Source: Ramazzottius varieornatus (lineage: Eukaryota > Animalia > Tardigrada). From it: 64,000 nucleotides of DNA. The stretch is from contig BDGG01000003.1 in the NCBI GenBank assembly GCA_001949185.1, positions 1,586,725 to 1,650,724 on the forward strand, in the 5' to 3' direction. Shown in pieces: positions 1 through 11,637 of this stretch (the stretch's first letter is position 1; every line of letters starts with the position of its first letter). The notes beneath the pieces were generated by a model. It did no database searches. It was not told the origin of the DNA and saw nothing but the letters and a program-made list of their open reading frames with translations. A program made the translations under genes and the position numbers.

Positions 1-122
1 TGAAACCGGACATACGCTGAAGTTGTGCAACAAGATTAGTTTTATGAATGAAGCAGCAATCTCGAACAGAATCTATGGAAGTTTGAATAGTCCATCTAAA
101 TTTATTGCAGGCCCCAAACATA

Positions 123-1083
123 CACTGCCTACAAGAAAAAACCGACAACCTATTTTTGGAGCANNNNNNNNNNNNNNNNNNNNNNNNNNNNNNNNNNNNN
201 NNNNNNNNNNNNNAAGAAAAAACCGACCCCCCTAATCCTTCGCTCAAAAATTCATAACTTTAGACCGGACATTCTGATGTCTGATCTTCAAAGCGACCCT
301 TGATGCTCAGTGTTTGTTCAACGCGATCACGTGACTTTCCGAAAAGAGAATCAACGAATCAACCGGTATGATAAAGTTCGCCAACATCGAAAAACAACCT
401 ATTTTTGGAGCAGCGTAGCACGGTCAGTCCATCGCGAAACCTTGACGCATTGCTGTCCAAAAATGCAACAAGCATTGGGCTACCAGGTGGAAAAAAATCA
501 AGGCAGTCAAAGGTTTCGTCGAGGATGGACTTGTAGCGACCTATGCGCTATTTTCGATGGAGATTACACGTGCACTCTGCAGTTTTCAGCAAATCTTCCG
601 CCAAATAGAAAGTTATGTCGAATTTGCTGCTGTTTTTTGCGCAAAAAGTTTGAGGCTACACAAGCCACACAAAGTTGTCCAGCTAAACATAAAAATACGG
701 CCCTTCATAGTTTTTGGATCGAAAATCAACGCCAGGATGGCGCGAAGGTCGCTGCGAGTTGCTCCTTGACGAAACCTTCGACTGCCTTGATTTTTTCTTC
801 ACCTGGTAGCCCAATGCTTGTTGCATTTTTTGACAGCAAAGCGTCAAGGTTTTGCGATGGACTGACCGTGCTACGCTGCTCCAAAAAAGGGTTTTTTCGA
901 TGGTGGCGAACTTTATCATACCGGTTGATTCGTTGATTCTCTTTTCGGGAAGTCACGTGATCGCGTTGAACAAACATTGAGCATTAAGGATCGCTTTGAA
1001 GGTTAGACATCAGAATGTCCAGTCTAAAGTTATGAATTTTTGAGCGAAGGATTAGGGGGGTCGGTTTTTTCTTGTAGGCAGTG
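123..1083. mobile_element. Non-autonomous Tc1/mariner-type foldback element (MITE) with ~350-bp terminal inverted repeats
   Basis: TA|CACTGCCTACAAGAAAAAACCGAC at 121 and GTCGGTTTTTTCTTGTAGGCAGTG|TA at 1085. 214-550 is the near-exact reverse complement of ~740-1073. TA target duplication. The left arm is interrupted by an N gap (164-213). Confidence 0.9.
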
Positions 1084-1324
1084 TAGTAGTAAGCTTAAAC
1101 GTCTGGCTGTGAAAACCCGAACCGATAGTAACCAAGAATCCTAAGTAGTGTTTGGATATTGATAAGGAAGTAGAAATAACGACGGACCTAGTTTCATTTT
1201 GCCGGTCGAGAACCACCTCTACAGAGAAACGAATATTTTCGACAGGGTGTGGTCACTGTGAGAAAGTCGCATGAATATGATTAGTTTTGTTGGTCACTTA
1301 AATTCAGTCAAGTTTTTATTGCAG

Positions 1325-3075
1325 ACCAAACATCGCCTTGTCCTAACTACTCCCCGTGGAAAAAAGCAATCGCTATAAGCGGCGCCGTCTTGAGGAGTAG
1401 TGGTGAATTCCACGGAGACTGCCGAATAACTTTCCAAGTGCCATATCCCGATCGACAACGCTTCCTCTTGAGATTCGAGTCTGTCGGCATACAAGAATGT
1501 CACGATCGGTTGGTGATCTATGATTCGGATGACTTGGTCGACGCAGTGCGGGTAAGTTTTGTTTATAAATTGGTATCCCTCGTATTCAACAAGGTCTTTG
1601 ATCGGATCGGACGATATCAAGATCGGATGGGTTTTTGTCCATGCTACGGAAAGGTTTCTTCCGCTTGAAATCCTTTCGTAGCCTCAGTTACAGTGCGGTT
1701 GAGAAGCGTTTGTGTTAAGCGAACGGTTGATGCTTTCTTCCAGCTGGAAGAGATTTCCTGTCGGAGCCAAGTGGATCCCACACGTTTCATGTACACTTCC
1801 AACAAGGGCGGATATGTCACCATCCGATACTACACTTATAATAAGGGGGAACACGCCAGTGAATTCCGTCTGGTCCTCACGGCTATCAACAAGCTCCACA
1901 GGCTAGGCAAGTTCTGACTGTTGCCAAAATGTCTGACTGTTGCTCAGTTCTTAATCCACCTGTACAAAAGGATCACACACCGCTTTGAAGTTTTTGAGAC
2001 AAGTCCTGACAATTGTGAAGAGTATTTTAGGATTTCCCCCACATCGTTTTACCAAGTGGCGCACGCTCCAGGCCAATGACGATGAAAACGTGTGCCGCTT
2101 GAGACAACGATCGGGGTGATTTTCATTTGCCAACGTCTCAATGTGATTACGGACGTCCTCTTGCGATGTGGTGTCGAGATTTACTTTTTTGTTCAGTAAA
2201 ACTAACATTGGTGTCAGCATTCCTGATTACAAGAGCGCACTCACGTGCAGGAAAGTGTTCCGTGTTTGCTCAGCATGTTTTACGTAACTGAACTTGATGA
2301 ATCCTTAACGCTTGAGATTCCCTCGTAGAGCCTTGCGGATTTCGTTGTGCAAACGGAAACTGCATCTCCACCGAGCTACGTTGCGATTCGGATCACGTAA
2401 ATCATTGTGGGGATAACAGTGACGAACTGAACTGTCGCAACAGCCTGAAAGAGAGTGCCTCGCAAGCCGAATACGCCGCGCGGGAATATCTGGGACTTAG
2501 CATTAGCGTCACGTTGATCATTTCCTTGAGCGTGCTCTTTGTCATCGGAGTGTGCGTTTGCTCCGTCGCTTTGTTTGTCTGCAAACGAAATCAAGTTCCT
2601 GGACAAAACGCCAGCCTTTTGGTACCGGGTCCCACACAAGCGTCAGTGGTTGATGCAATAAGCAGCTCGGAAGCGACCAGTTCTACCGGAACGTCGCGCA
2701 GCGTCACGAACTATGCGCCGGTATACACGGGCAGTGACGAGCTGCGGCACGCTCATGAACGCCATGAGAGCCGTGTATTCCACGGCAAAAGCAGTAAGTC
2801 TTTGAATTCATTCAGCAATCAAATCAAGAGAAACGATGGTCTTTGCCGGAGCTAGATTTGGTGCCGGTTTTGGACACCTTGTTACCTTGACAGGACCATC
2901 GCCGTTATTAGCTTACCATCCGCCCATCACTCATACTTCCATTCCTTCCACCTACAGCAGCAGTATTCCCGGGTCACCGCGGTTCTCTGCCCTTCCGCAT
3001 CGATCCACCTTTTTTCAGGCTAACCCTACTCTTTGTCCTGAAGTGCAATCCAAAAAGCCTGTGGTGTATTTTTAA
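1325..3075 (+). CDS. Type I membrane protein, CUB + LDL-receptor class A + TM (Neto/MIG-13/Culd-like architecture); 5' exon not identified
   Basis: Exons ~1325-1551 (DCRITF...RFLLRFE...CHDRLVIYD, CUB), 1744-1906 (GGYVTIRYYT...SEFRLVLT), 2329-2793 (CGFRCANGNCISTELRCDSDHVNHCGDNSDELNC, LDLa; then a hydrophobic TM followed by KR) and 2894-3075 ending VVYF*. AATAAA at ~3170 and ~3215. Confidence 0.85.
2043..2111. repeat. Dispersed GTGGCGCA-N27-TGCGCCAC palindrome, copy 1 (intron of CUB-LDLa gene)
   Basis: ATCGTTTTACCAAGTGGCGCACG...CGTGTGCCGCTTGAGACAACGAT. Confidence 0.85.
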
Positions 3076-5843
3076 CCTTGGCGGTTATGACAAAAAGTCG
3101 CTCAATGTTAAACCGCAGATGTCTTCGAATGTTATTTCTCTCGATATCGCACGTACCAAGAAAGTTAGTAATAAACCCCACTTTTTTCCGTTTTTTTTTT
3201 AACGATGAAGTTGAATAAATGCGTGAACCCTTTTCGAGTTCCTCTTAACACCGTGCGATAGACGCGCCACCTCGGCTAGGTATCCTGCGCTACCACGAGC
3301 TCCACAGTCATATGGATGTATTTATAACAAACGAAAGACAGAGCCCGTTTAACGGGCCAAGTTACTTTTACTAAGTTCGCTTGGCCACGGCTACTTTTCC
3401 TAACCGAGTGGAGGGAGGCTGCTAAACAATACTTCCACCTTACTTTAGCGTACGAGCTCGTACTCAAGTTGAGGAGAAGTAATCTTTAGCGGGCCATCTT
3501 AGCAGCAATTGCCAGCAAAGAAATTCTACTTCGCAAGTATAGGTATAATATGACGAGCAAAGGCAGCCGGGTCTTAGAATGCGTCACGCTCGAAATTGAT
3601 GCACCTGTCGACTGCTGTCCAAGAAATATTTTCCTGGTTCAATTTTCGAATATCCAAGAGCAGACAGATGCATGCCGCAACACTGGAAACATTTTGAAGG
3701 CAAATGTTCTAGCTGCAGAAGTTGATTGACTTACCAGAGGGCGCCTCGGAAAATGAATGTAAACGTTCGATCTCGAGTTACTCGCGCTCGTAGGAAAACT
3801 TCAGCAACGCTGCGAGACGGCAGCCATGAAAATTACCTTGACGTACCATGGCTATTGATACGGCGTATGTTTTTTCGTTAACCAACGACGCAATTCACCT
3901 CGCTCCTGTGCGCAGCTTTGTGTACTGTGCTGGGCTGTGCATGCACCAGAAAGCCAGTCAACCCACAGCTAATTTGTACTCTTGAATGAGTACGAGACAT
4001 GTTACATTATGTCGTCATATGCTGCGTTTGCAGACGCACCGCATTGTACCGCAGCACTCACGTGGCTTTTCATGTCATGTCCTTCTTCAGCCATTCCTTA
4101 GTTTTTATTCCTTTTGGTTTTATTCCGTTCATTCCTTAGTTTTTATCAAATTCTCCATTCAAGCAATCCCTGCCCAGGAACTATTTGAAAACTGGCAAAC
4201 GCTCGAAGACTTGAACCCCGTTGGTCAGATAGGCCATAGTCGACTGTATCATGCACAATGAATAACCAAATTTAAGGGAAATTTCTTCCTTTTCCGCGGT
4301 TTGAACGGTAGAGCAGCGAGAAGCTACAGCGGTGTCGCAAGCTTAACAGCGCTGTCGGCCGTAGCGATCAGCGAGCCCCGCTTCCGGATTTTTGTGCTCT
4401 TCCGGCAGGGCTTCCAACAGATTGCTTTCATTTTCTTCCTTTCTTTCTTCTTTTCCTCCACAGTCGACAAAAGCTTGGGATCTGCTACAGTGCTACGTAA
4501 AATCCGCTGGAATCCTAAATTCACAGGAAGTAAACAGCGGGTAAGGACCACAAAAGAACGAATTTGCCCGGCAGATAAACCCAAAACGGGAATTCACTCA
4601 AGCTGAACAAGACCGTGCAGTGCGTGAGGCGAATAAACTGAGTCGAATGGGACAAACCTGCCTTTCCCGGACCAGTAGGGACCTTGAGCTAACAGTCTTT
4701 CTCCCATGGAAGCGATGTAACTTCTTCACTCAACATGAGGATGGTAGTACTAGTCCACCCTGGCTAGAGACGTTGGAAAACTCTCCTGTTCGCCCATTTC
4801 TAACGGACCGATCAGCCAAGATCTGTTCTGTAGTTTGGGAAGCTGCGCTTTCCAAACTTCGACCTGCGGCTTATACCGGGCAAATAGACCACAAACAACT
4901 CCTTAATTGGGTTAGGTCAGTAAGTATGCCTTCGCGGTATATGACAGAAGACTTTCAAACATATTCTCTGATTTCGTGTACAGTCTTCCAAAACTGGGCT
5001 CACGTCTCATCTAAGCCACAAACTCTTGTGAATTGTTCAAGAGCAGAACCTGATCAATGTGAAGAGAACAGGAAAAAATAAGAATGTCGGAAGGAGTGAG
5101 ATTCAGTTCTGAACCGCGACCTCTTCACGAACTCTTGGCGCGAAACCGAAATGTTCTTGGTCTTTATAATATTCATATAATGTCATGAACTTTATGCAGA
5201 AAATCCTGCCGCTTTCACCTTATTGCACGGACTGCACCCTGGTGAACAGCATATGTTTATTCGCGCTGACCTTCCTTCACACCGCAAATTTCTTTCACGT
5301 TTCCATTTACAAAATGCTTACGTTGTCCTGACTTTTGCTGAAGCGGCTTGCTTTTACGTCTGTACTTTTGAATCTAGCATTGAAGTTTGCACTACGTTGT
5401 AGCCCCTATCCAGCAAAATCTAGTGAAACTACTGGCCACTTGTCGATAAATCACTCAACTTACTAGATCACGTTACTTACTTCCGCGTTCGCTCACTCGC
5501 TCATGGGAGTCAATTTGTTCCAGCATGCAGTGGAGCAGTGAAATGCAAAGACCAGGAACTACAATAACACACCAATCCGAGGATAAGAATGGATAAAAAC
5601 CTGTCTTTATCCTATCCTTCCTAAGCCTAAAAACCAGCACGATACAGAATTAATTTATCGCTAGTTTTCGAGCCTGTTATCAGGGACTGTAAAGTTTCTG
5701 CTGGCCTAAAGTCTCCTCTTATCTTCGATGCCAACTGTCTTCAGCACATCATCAGAAACAGATAGAGACGACCGCGGCTGAAGTCGAAGGGCAAAGGTGT
5801 GCCGAGCTTGCAAGTCTAACGTTCTGAACTCCCAGTTGTCAGA

Positions 5844-7538
5844 ATGGAAGACGATGTAGCGACCAATCTTCGAAGACCGCGAGTCGCCATTATTGGGGCA
5901 GGTTTGTCCGGTCTTTGTGCTTTGCGGCACTTTAGCGGGGATCCTCGATACGCTGTTATCGCTTTCGAACAGAGGGATCGTATAGGCGGCCTCTGGAGCT
6001 ACCCTTATGGCTGCGAGGAGCATGTCAATGCGGAGGAAACCTCTCCCTACTACTGCAGGATTTATCGCAATTTGCAGTAAGTACTATGAGTCCATGAGGT
6101 ATTTTCTAACAGATTTTCTTCACGACTTGATTCAAACGCGAAGGCGTCCGTATGAACTTGAGATGTTTCAGTCTGAACGGACCGTCAAACTTCCAAGGCT
6201 ATCCAGAATTGCCCTTCTTGGATGCAGAAACTAAAGCCGGAATTTTTCCTCACCACCAGCTGATGACGGAGTACCTACAACGCTACGCAAAAACTCATGA
6301 CCTGAGCTCCCACATCAGGGTAGCGTGCAATACCAAAATTCCCCAAGCAGACAAAAATCAGCACTCTTTCAGGCAGTTTTAGGACTTTGCAAGACGGCAA
6401 TCAAGCAGCATCTATTGTTTTAGTTTAGAGCGCTGGTGACAAGGATCCAGCCGATCACAGAGAACACTACGGCCTCGGCACTATCACACATTGGCCCGTG
6501 TTGGGAGCTTCGAATCACCGATCTGGACAGTCGCGATGGTATGGAAACCATTGAGATCTTTGACGCAGTACTAATCTGTAACGGGTAAGAAAAGCCGAAC
6601 TTTGCTCACCCTACTCAACTGCCGTGCTGTACTACGATATGTTCTCTTTATGGTCCATCCGTAGGCATTTTAACAAGCCATATACCCCGAATGTGGACTC
6701 CATCCAACATTTTCAAGGCCATGTTATGCACAGTGCTGCTTACCGAACACCCGAAATCTTCGCCGGCAAGAACGTACTTCTAGTTGGCTCAGCTTCCTCT
6801 GCAAACGATCTAACCTGCGAGCTGATGCACCACGCCAAAACTGTTTTGATCAGTCGCCGGGGGAAGTATGCGAATGTCTTCAGAGATCAAGAGCGGTTTC
6901 CCAGCGTCGTGTCGGTGTCGCCACCTCTTCGCTTCTCGGCCCACCACGTCTCATCGGACATTTCCAGTCCCACTGACACCGCGCCGGTCTCGGAAGAGGA
7001 ACCCCAGGGCGCCAAGAGTTACCCGGTTGATGTGGTCATATTTTGCACTGGGTACACTGACCACATGCCGTTCCTCACTCCGGCGTGCAAGCTGGAAGTG
7101 AGCCGAGGAAGAGTGTCGCCACTATACAAGCATTTGATTCACTGCGAGTACCCGACATTATGCTGCGTCGGTGTTCCTCGACTGACAACGCCACCGAAGC
7201 TGATAGAAGATCAAGTGAGGTACTACAAAGCAGTCCTGGATGGAAACGTTCTACTGCCGGACCGACAGACGATGATGGAAGAATGTGAAGAGGACGAACG
7301 GCAGCGGCGCAATGATGGACTGCAGGAACATCAGCGGCACTTGATGTATCCCCTGCAGACCAGATACTTCCCATACCTCAGAGGCTTAGCGAAGGACGCT
7401 GGCTTTGAGCCAAGTAAACAAGTCGATGAAAAGATCATGGTGCATGTGATTGAGAAAGTGTGCAATGAACCTTATGACTTTCGAAAAAGTCGCTATATTG
7501 TTGTGAATGACGAAGAGTTTGTTTGCGAGCCAATCTGA
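5844..7538 (+). CDS. Flavin-containing monooxygenase (class B FMO), 4 exons
   Basis: Exons 5844-6076, 6172-6319, 6424-6584, 6665-7538 splice in frame. FAD motif GAGLSG, FEQRDRIGGLW, ICNGHF, FMO fingerprint FQGHVMHSAAY, NADPH motif GSASSA, FCTGY. Confidence 0.95.
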
Positions 7539-8044
7539 AAATTAAATGAGTAACCGCTCTGGCTCTAACAAGTACATCCGCCTGACCATAATTGTGGACA
7601 TGGACAAAAGTGTGGGCAGCGGACCGAAAGCAAGATTGCTCTGATTGATTTATCTGATTGGTTAACCTTAGCTGGCCAGTGTCGCTTTCGCTCCGCTGCC
7701 CACGCTTTTGTCCATGCCCCCAATCAGGCCAGGCCAGGTACATAAGATGTACCAGGGTGCGTCTATCTTTGTGCACGCACTGGTTGTTTGTCCACGATGA
7801 GTGTCTTTGACTGAATTCCGCGGTGACGTCACGCAACCACAAATGTAAATGCTGGAGAACGTTTTGACTCGAACCGGCTCTTGTTAGTAACTTCAGGCTC
7901 TTGGTAGCCGAATAGAGTTTGGTTACAATAATTCAAGCCGACTAACGATGAAGTTGCCCTTTGAAACTGCAGCGAGTGACTGCGAGTCCAGAGACACACT
8001 CTCTACCTTGAATGTAAGATCGGTAGTTTTGGACCGTAAGTGTC

Positions 8045-8145
8045 TGTAGCCGTCATAGTATTATCTGTTGCATGCGCGCAACACTTATGCCGGCCGAAGT
8101 GTTGCGCATAAGTATTGCGCGCATGCAACAGATATGACGGCTACA
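8045..8145. mobile_element. 101-bp palindromic micro-element with TGT...ACA ends and 6-bp target duplication
   Basis: AGTGTC flanks both sides (8039-8044, 8146-8151). TGTAGCCGTCAT / ATGACGGCTACA termini plus a 28-bp inner stem with one mismatch. Confidence 0.75.
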
Positions 8146-8871
8146 AGTGTCACCTTCAACTCGAAATTCTTCACAATCCGAAATCACTATCTGAACTGTG
8201 ATGCGAAAACATTGGGAAACATTGGCCGTTGCCATCCACGTGCCCGGAGATAAAATACATCTCGAATCACATGAAAAGAAACATCTCGTAACGCTGATGG
8301 TGAACCTCTGGAAATCTACCGGAAGGTACCAGCTTTTCTCTACGAGCGCCTTGCATTTAAAGATCTTGTTTCGAATTTCACCAGGAAGCACTGAGAATGG
8401 TATGTGCATTCGTTACATCTGCACAGTAACACGTGTAATACTCCGAAAATAGGGTTTGCGCTAATGTGTCCTAGAGCGCCTTGCCGGCCTACGAGTAGCT
8501 TTATGACCTGACCGACCTGGGTCGACACTTGTGTATCGAAAAAGGGATACTATACATGGTCGCATATGTCCACGTTACTCGTCCGAGACGGTCCCTTGTT
8601 ACTTCCTTAGTCTAAATGTGGCTTTACCTACAAATAGCTACATAAGCGTAGTATATTATCGCAAATTTGGTTCAATTAAAAATATCTTAGGAGTATTCCT
8701 GGGGACGATTTTGGCGTACTGTATCATGAGACCTTGATTATTGTCTACAGGTGTATGTTTTTTCCCAAATGTCAGTGACGCGACAGCAGACCTGGCTCGC
8801 CACGCAGTAAAACCTATCCATCTTGAACCATTCGCTGCAACTGCGAACCAAGGTAAATTATGGTAGGGGAA

Positions 8872-10793
8872 TCACCATCGGCGAGGAATAAGCTGAATGT
8901 CGAAAGGCAGGGGACTGTTGAGTATTCCCAGAGTCATGTTACGTGTCACTCGATCCAACTCTTCCTTGTTTCCAGTAATGCGGAAGCTGCCAACAATATT
9001 CGAGAAGAAAAGGAACGTTTCCATTTTTGCAAGAGCTTCTCCTAGACAAGATCGTTTACCTGGAACAAGACGTAATACCCGCTACATGATGATGTATTAT
9101 TCCATCCATGTTATTTCTACAGTGCTGAAAATGCATTCCTTGGTCACGTGGTCTCATAACAACAAGCATTGGTAACTAACGTCACGTGACCACCGGAAAG
9201 GGATGCCTTTTCAGCACTGTAAACGTACCGACGCTAAGTGACATAAAGGCCGCCGGCGACATAACATCTCCATTCTCATCCAGGAAGTGTTCGGGGTACA
9301 GCTCGTTGGGTTTAGCCCAGTACTTCTCGTCGTAATGTAATGAAAAGATATTCTGGTGAATAAAACTTCTCGCCGGGATATTATACCCATCAATTTCCAT
9401 TGCTTCGAAGTTGGAGTGAGGCAAACTCAGAGGTGCCATAGCGGCTAGACGTTGTACGTCTTGCAGAGCGGCATCAGTGTACCGTAATTGACCTAGAAGT
9501 CAACCATCCATTCTTCATGCTGCTGAAAAACTGGCCATGAAAGTGGCTGAGGATTACCTTACCTCTGTCACTGAGAATAACCAGTCGTTTCTCCCCGCCG
9601 AGAACCGCGTCAATCTCCTTGTGGATTTTTTGCTGTACATCGGGGAACCTTGCAAGATGAATCATACCCCACAGCAAGGTAGAGGCGCTGCTTTCGGTCC
9701 CGCCGGTGAATAGGTTGACAATCGAAAACATGAGTTGTTCATCTGAAACACAGCCTGAGAGTTTAGCAAAGAGACAGGAACCAGTTCTGATCAAACGAAG
9801 TCCGATTGAATGGATAGTTCTTACCGTCAAACGTCGTGGTGTTAGGGTCTTGCTTCTTTTTTTCTTCCATGTAAGCGGTGATATAGTCTTGTTTTATCAT
9901 ACCGTTCTTAGCCTCCGGTACTTTCGTTTTGTGCTCCTCGATCATTTCATTAGTGAACCCGCCGATTTCCTTAATAGACACCATGAACTCATCAAATAAT
10001 TTCTGGTACTTGAGGCATGGTATATCTTTTAAGATCGGGAAGGCTTGGACTGGAAGCAGTGAGTTGACTAAGGCCATATAGTCCGCGAACATGTTGCACA
10101 ATCGAATGAACCGTTTGTCATTATGATCGAACCGTCGACCGAACACCAGTGCGCATACCACGTTAGATACCGCCAGCGTCAGGTGGCGCCTCGCATCGAA
10201 CGGAGCGCCTTCTCGAGTGCGGAACTGTTCAATAATCTCCTGCACTTCATCCAGAATGGCGTCTTCTAACCAAGATTTGCCCATGCCTAGGTTACGGAGG
10301 GTACTTAAGGCGAAGCGACGGTGCTCTTTCCATAACTGGCCTTCAGCCATGACGATGCCGCGGTTTTTGAAGAAAAAATTGAGGATCTGAGTTTGTGGAC
10401 GTCCGGTGACATTCTCGTCGTTGTAAACTTTGCGGACAGTGGCCGGATCGTGGAGGACGACCATTGGGGTCGAACCAAGGTGCAGACCGACCGTCGGTCC
10501 GTAGATCTTGCTCATATCCCGGATCGTCCGAGAAGGTTGTTTGCCCATCTGATGCAAGTTGCCGAGAATGGGAAGACCTGCAAACGTATTGTAATGTAGG
10601 GCAGTATCATCCAGTTGCAGACCATGGAGAAAGTCTATGGGCAGAACGAATATACTCTGTCTCGGGGAAAAAGATCACCTCTCGGTCCCGGTGGGAAATT
10701 TTTGGTGGTGCTTCCGGAGAGCAGTTTCCTCAAATAACTAATGACCAGGAGAACGGCTGCGCAAACCAAGAAAAAAATGGACAGGCTTGCCAT
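8872..10793 (-). CDS. Cytochrome P450, CYP2 clan, microsomal, 5 exons
   Basis: N-terminal anchor MASLSIFFLVCAAVLLVISY + PPGP; WKEHRRF; I-helix GGTESS; K-helix DVQR; PEHF; heme loop LSVGKRSCLG (split by an intron). Exons ~10793-10679, 10577-9824, 9753-9563, 9492-9228, 9060-8872. Confidence 0.95.
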
Positions 10794-11637
10794 TTTGAGT
10801 TCGTACAAAGAAAAAGCTGATGTTGGAAGTTGTTCTTGGTTGTATCGATGAAGCTCTGTTAGGATCTCTTCCCTTAAAGACATAAAACTCAAGTACGGAA
10901 ACTCCAACCAAATTTCGTAGCACTCGTTTAGCAGACTTTATAAGGAATCCAATCTCAGCTTACCTGGCCGGATCCATTTTGCCTTCACAGCAGAATGACT
11001 TTGACCACGATGACACACAGTTCTGCCCCCGGTCACCAGACGTTTCATTCCCTTCGAGCGACAAAAACGAGAGCAGGTTTCTGCGAGCTCTTGAACCTAT
11101 ACTCACGGCATTCCGTTAGACCAAAACTTTGGTTATATCAACTTTTCTCAGGCCGGCTCGACCTGTCCGGAACAATGGCTCGTTATCATAGTTCATGAGA
11201 TGAAGCAGTTCTACTGTCCAGGGAAGCCTCAAGTAATAGCGGTTCAACTGTCGCCTCCGGACTTCATGTTTATTATTCGAATACCCAGAATCAACAGGTA
11301 GAAGTCAGACTCGAGTCTGAGTGTTTGCTTAAGTTAGTATGTTTCATGCAGTATTTAGAGTCTGCAGACGGACAACTTAACAGACTATATCCGTACGAAG
11401 TTCCCGTAACAGTGGCAGCAGTACAACATCAGTTCTTTTGCATGCAGAAGCTAAGCCTTTTTACGACTATCCACTGTTGTGGCGCCCGCGGCGTCAGAGC
11501 TATCATAACTACCAGAGGCAATGGTGATATCCAAACTTTGAAGCAGTGCAGGTTTTAGCCCAGCATTGCTATTCTTCTCAGGTGCATTTCGTGTTTTTCC
11601 CGATCATTCTGGACTTTTCCCACAAAAATCCGACAAC

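Noticed and set aside
310-977. 208-aa and mirror ORFs starting MFVQRDHVT on both strands
   Set aside because: By-products of the MITE inverted repeats; no protein motif.
4301-5081. ORFs of 101 and 153 aa upstream of FMO
   Set aside because: No recognisable domain or consistent splice structure; possibly decayed TE, cannot be supported.
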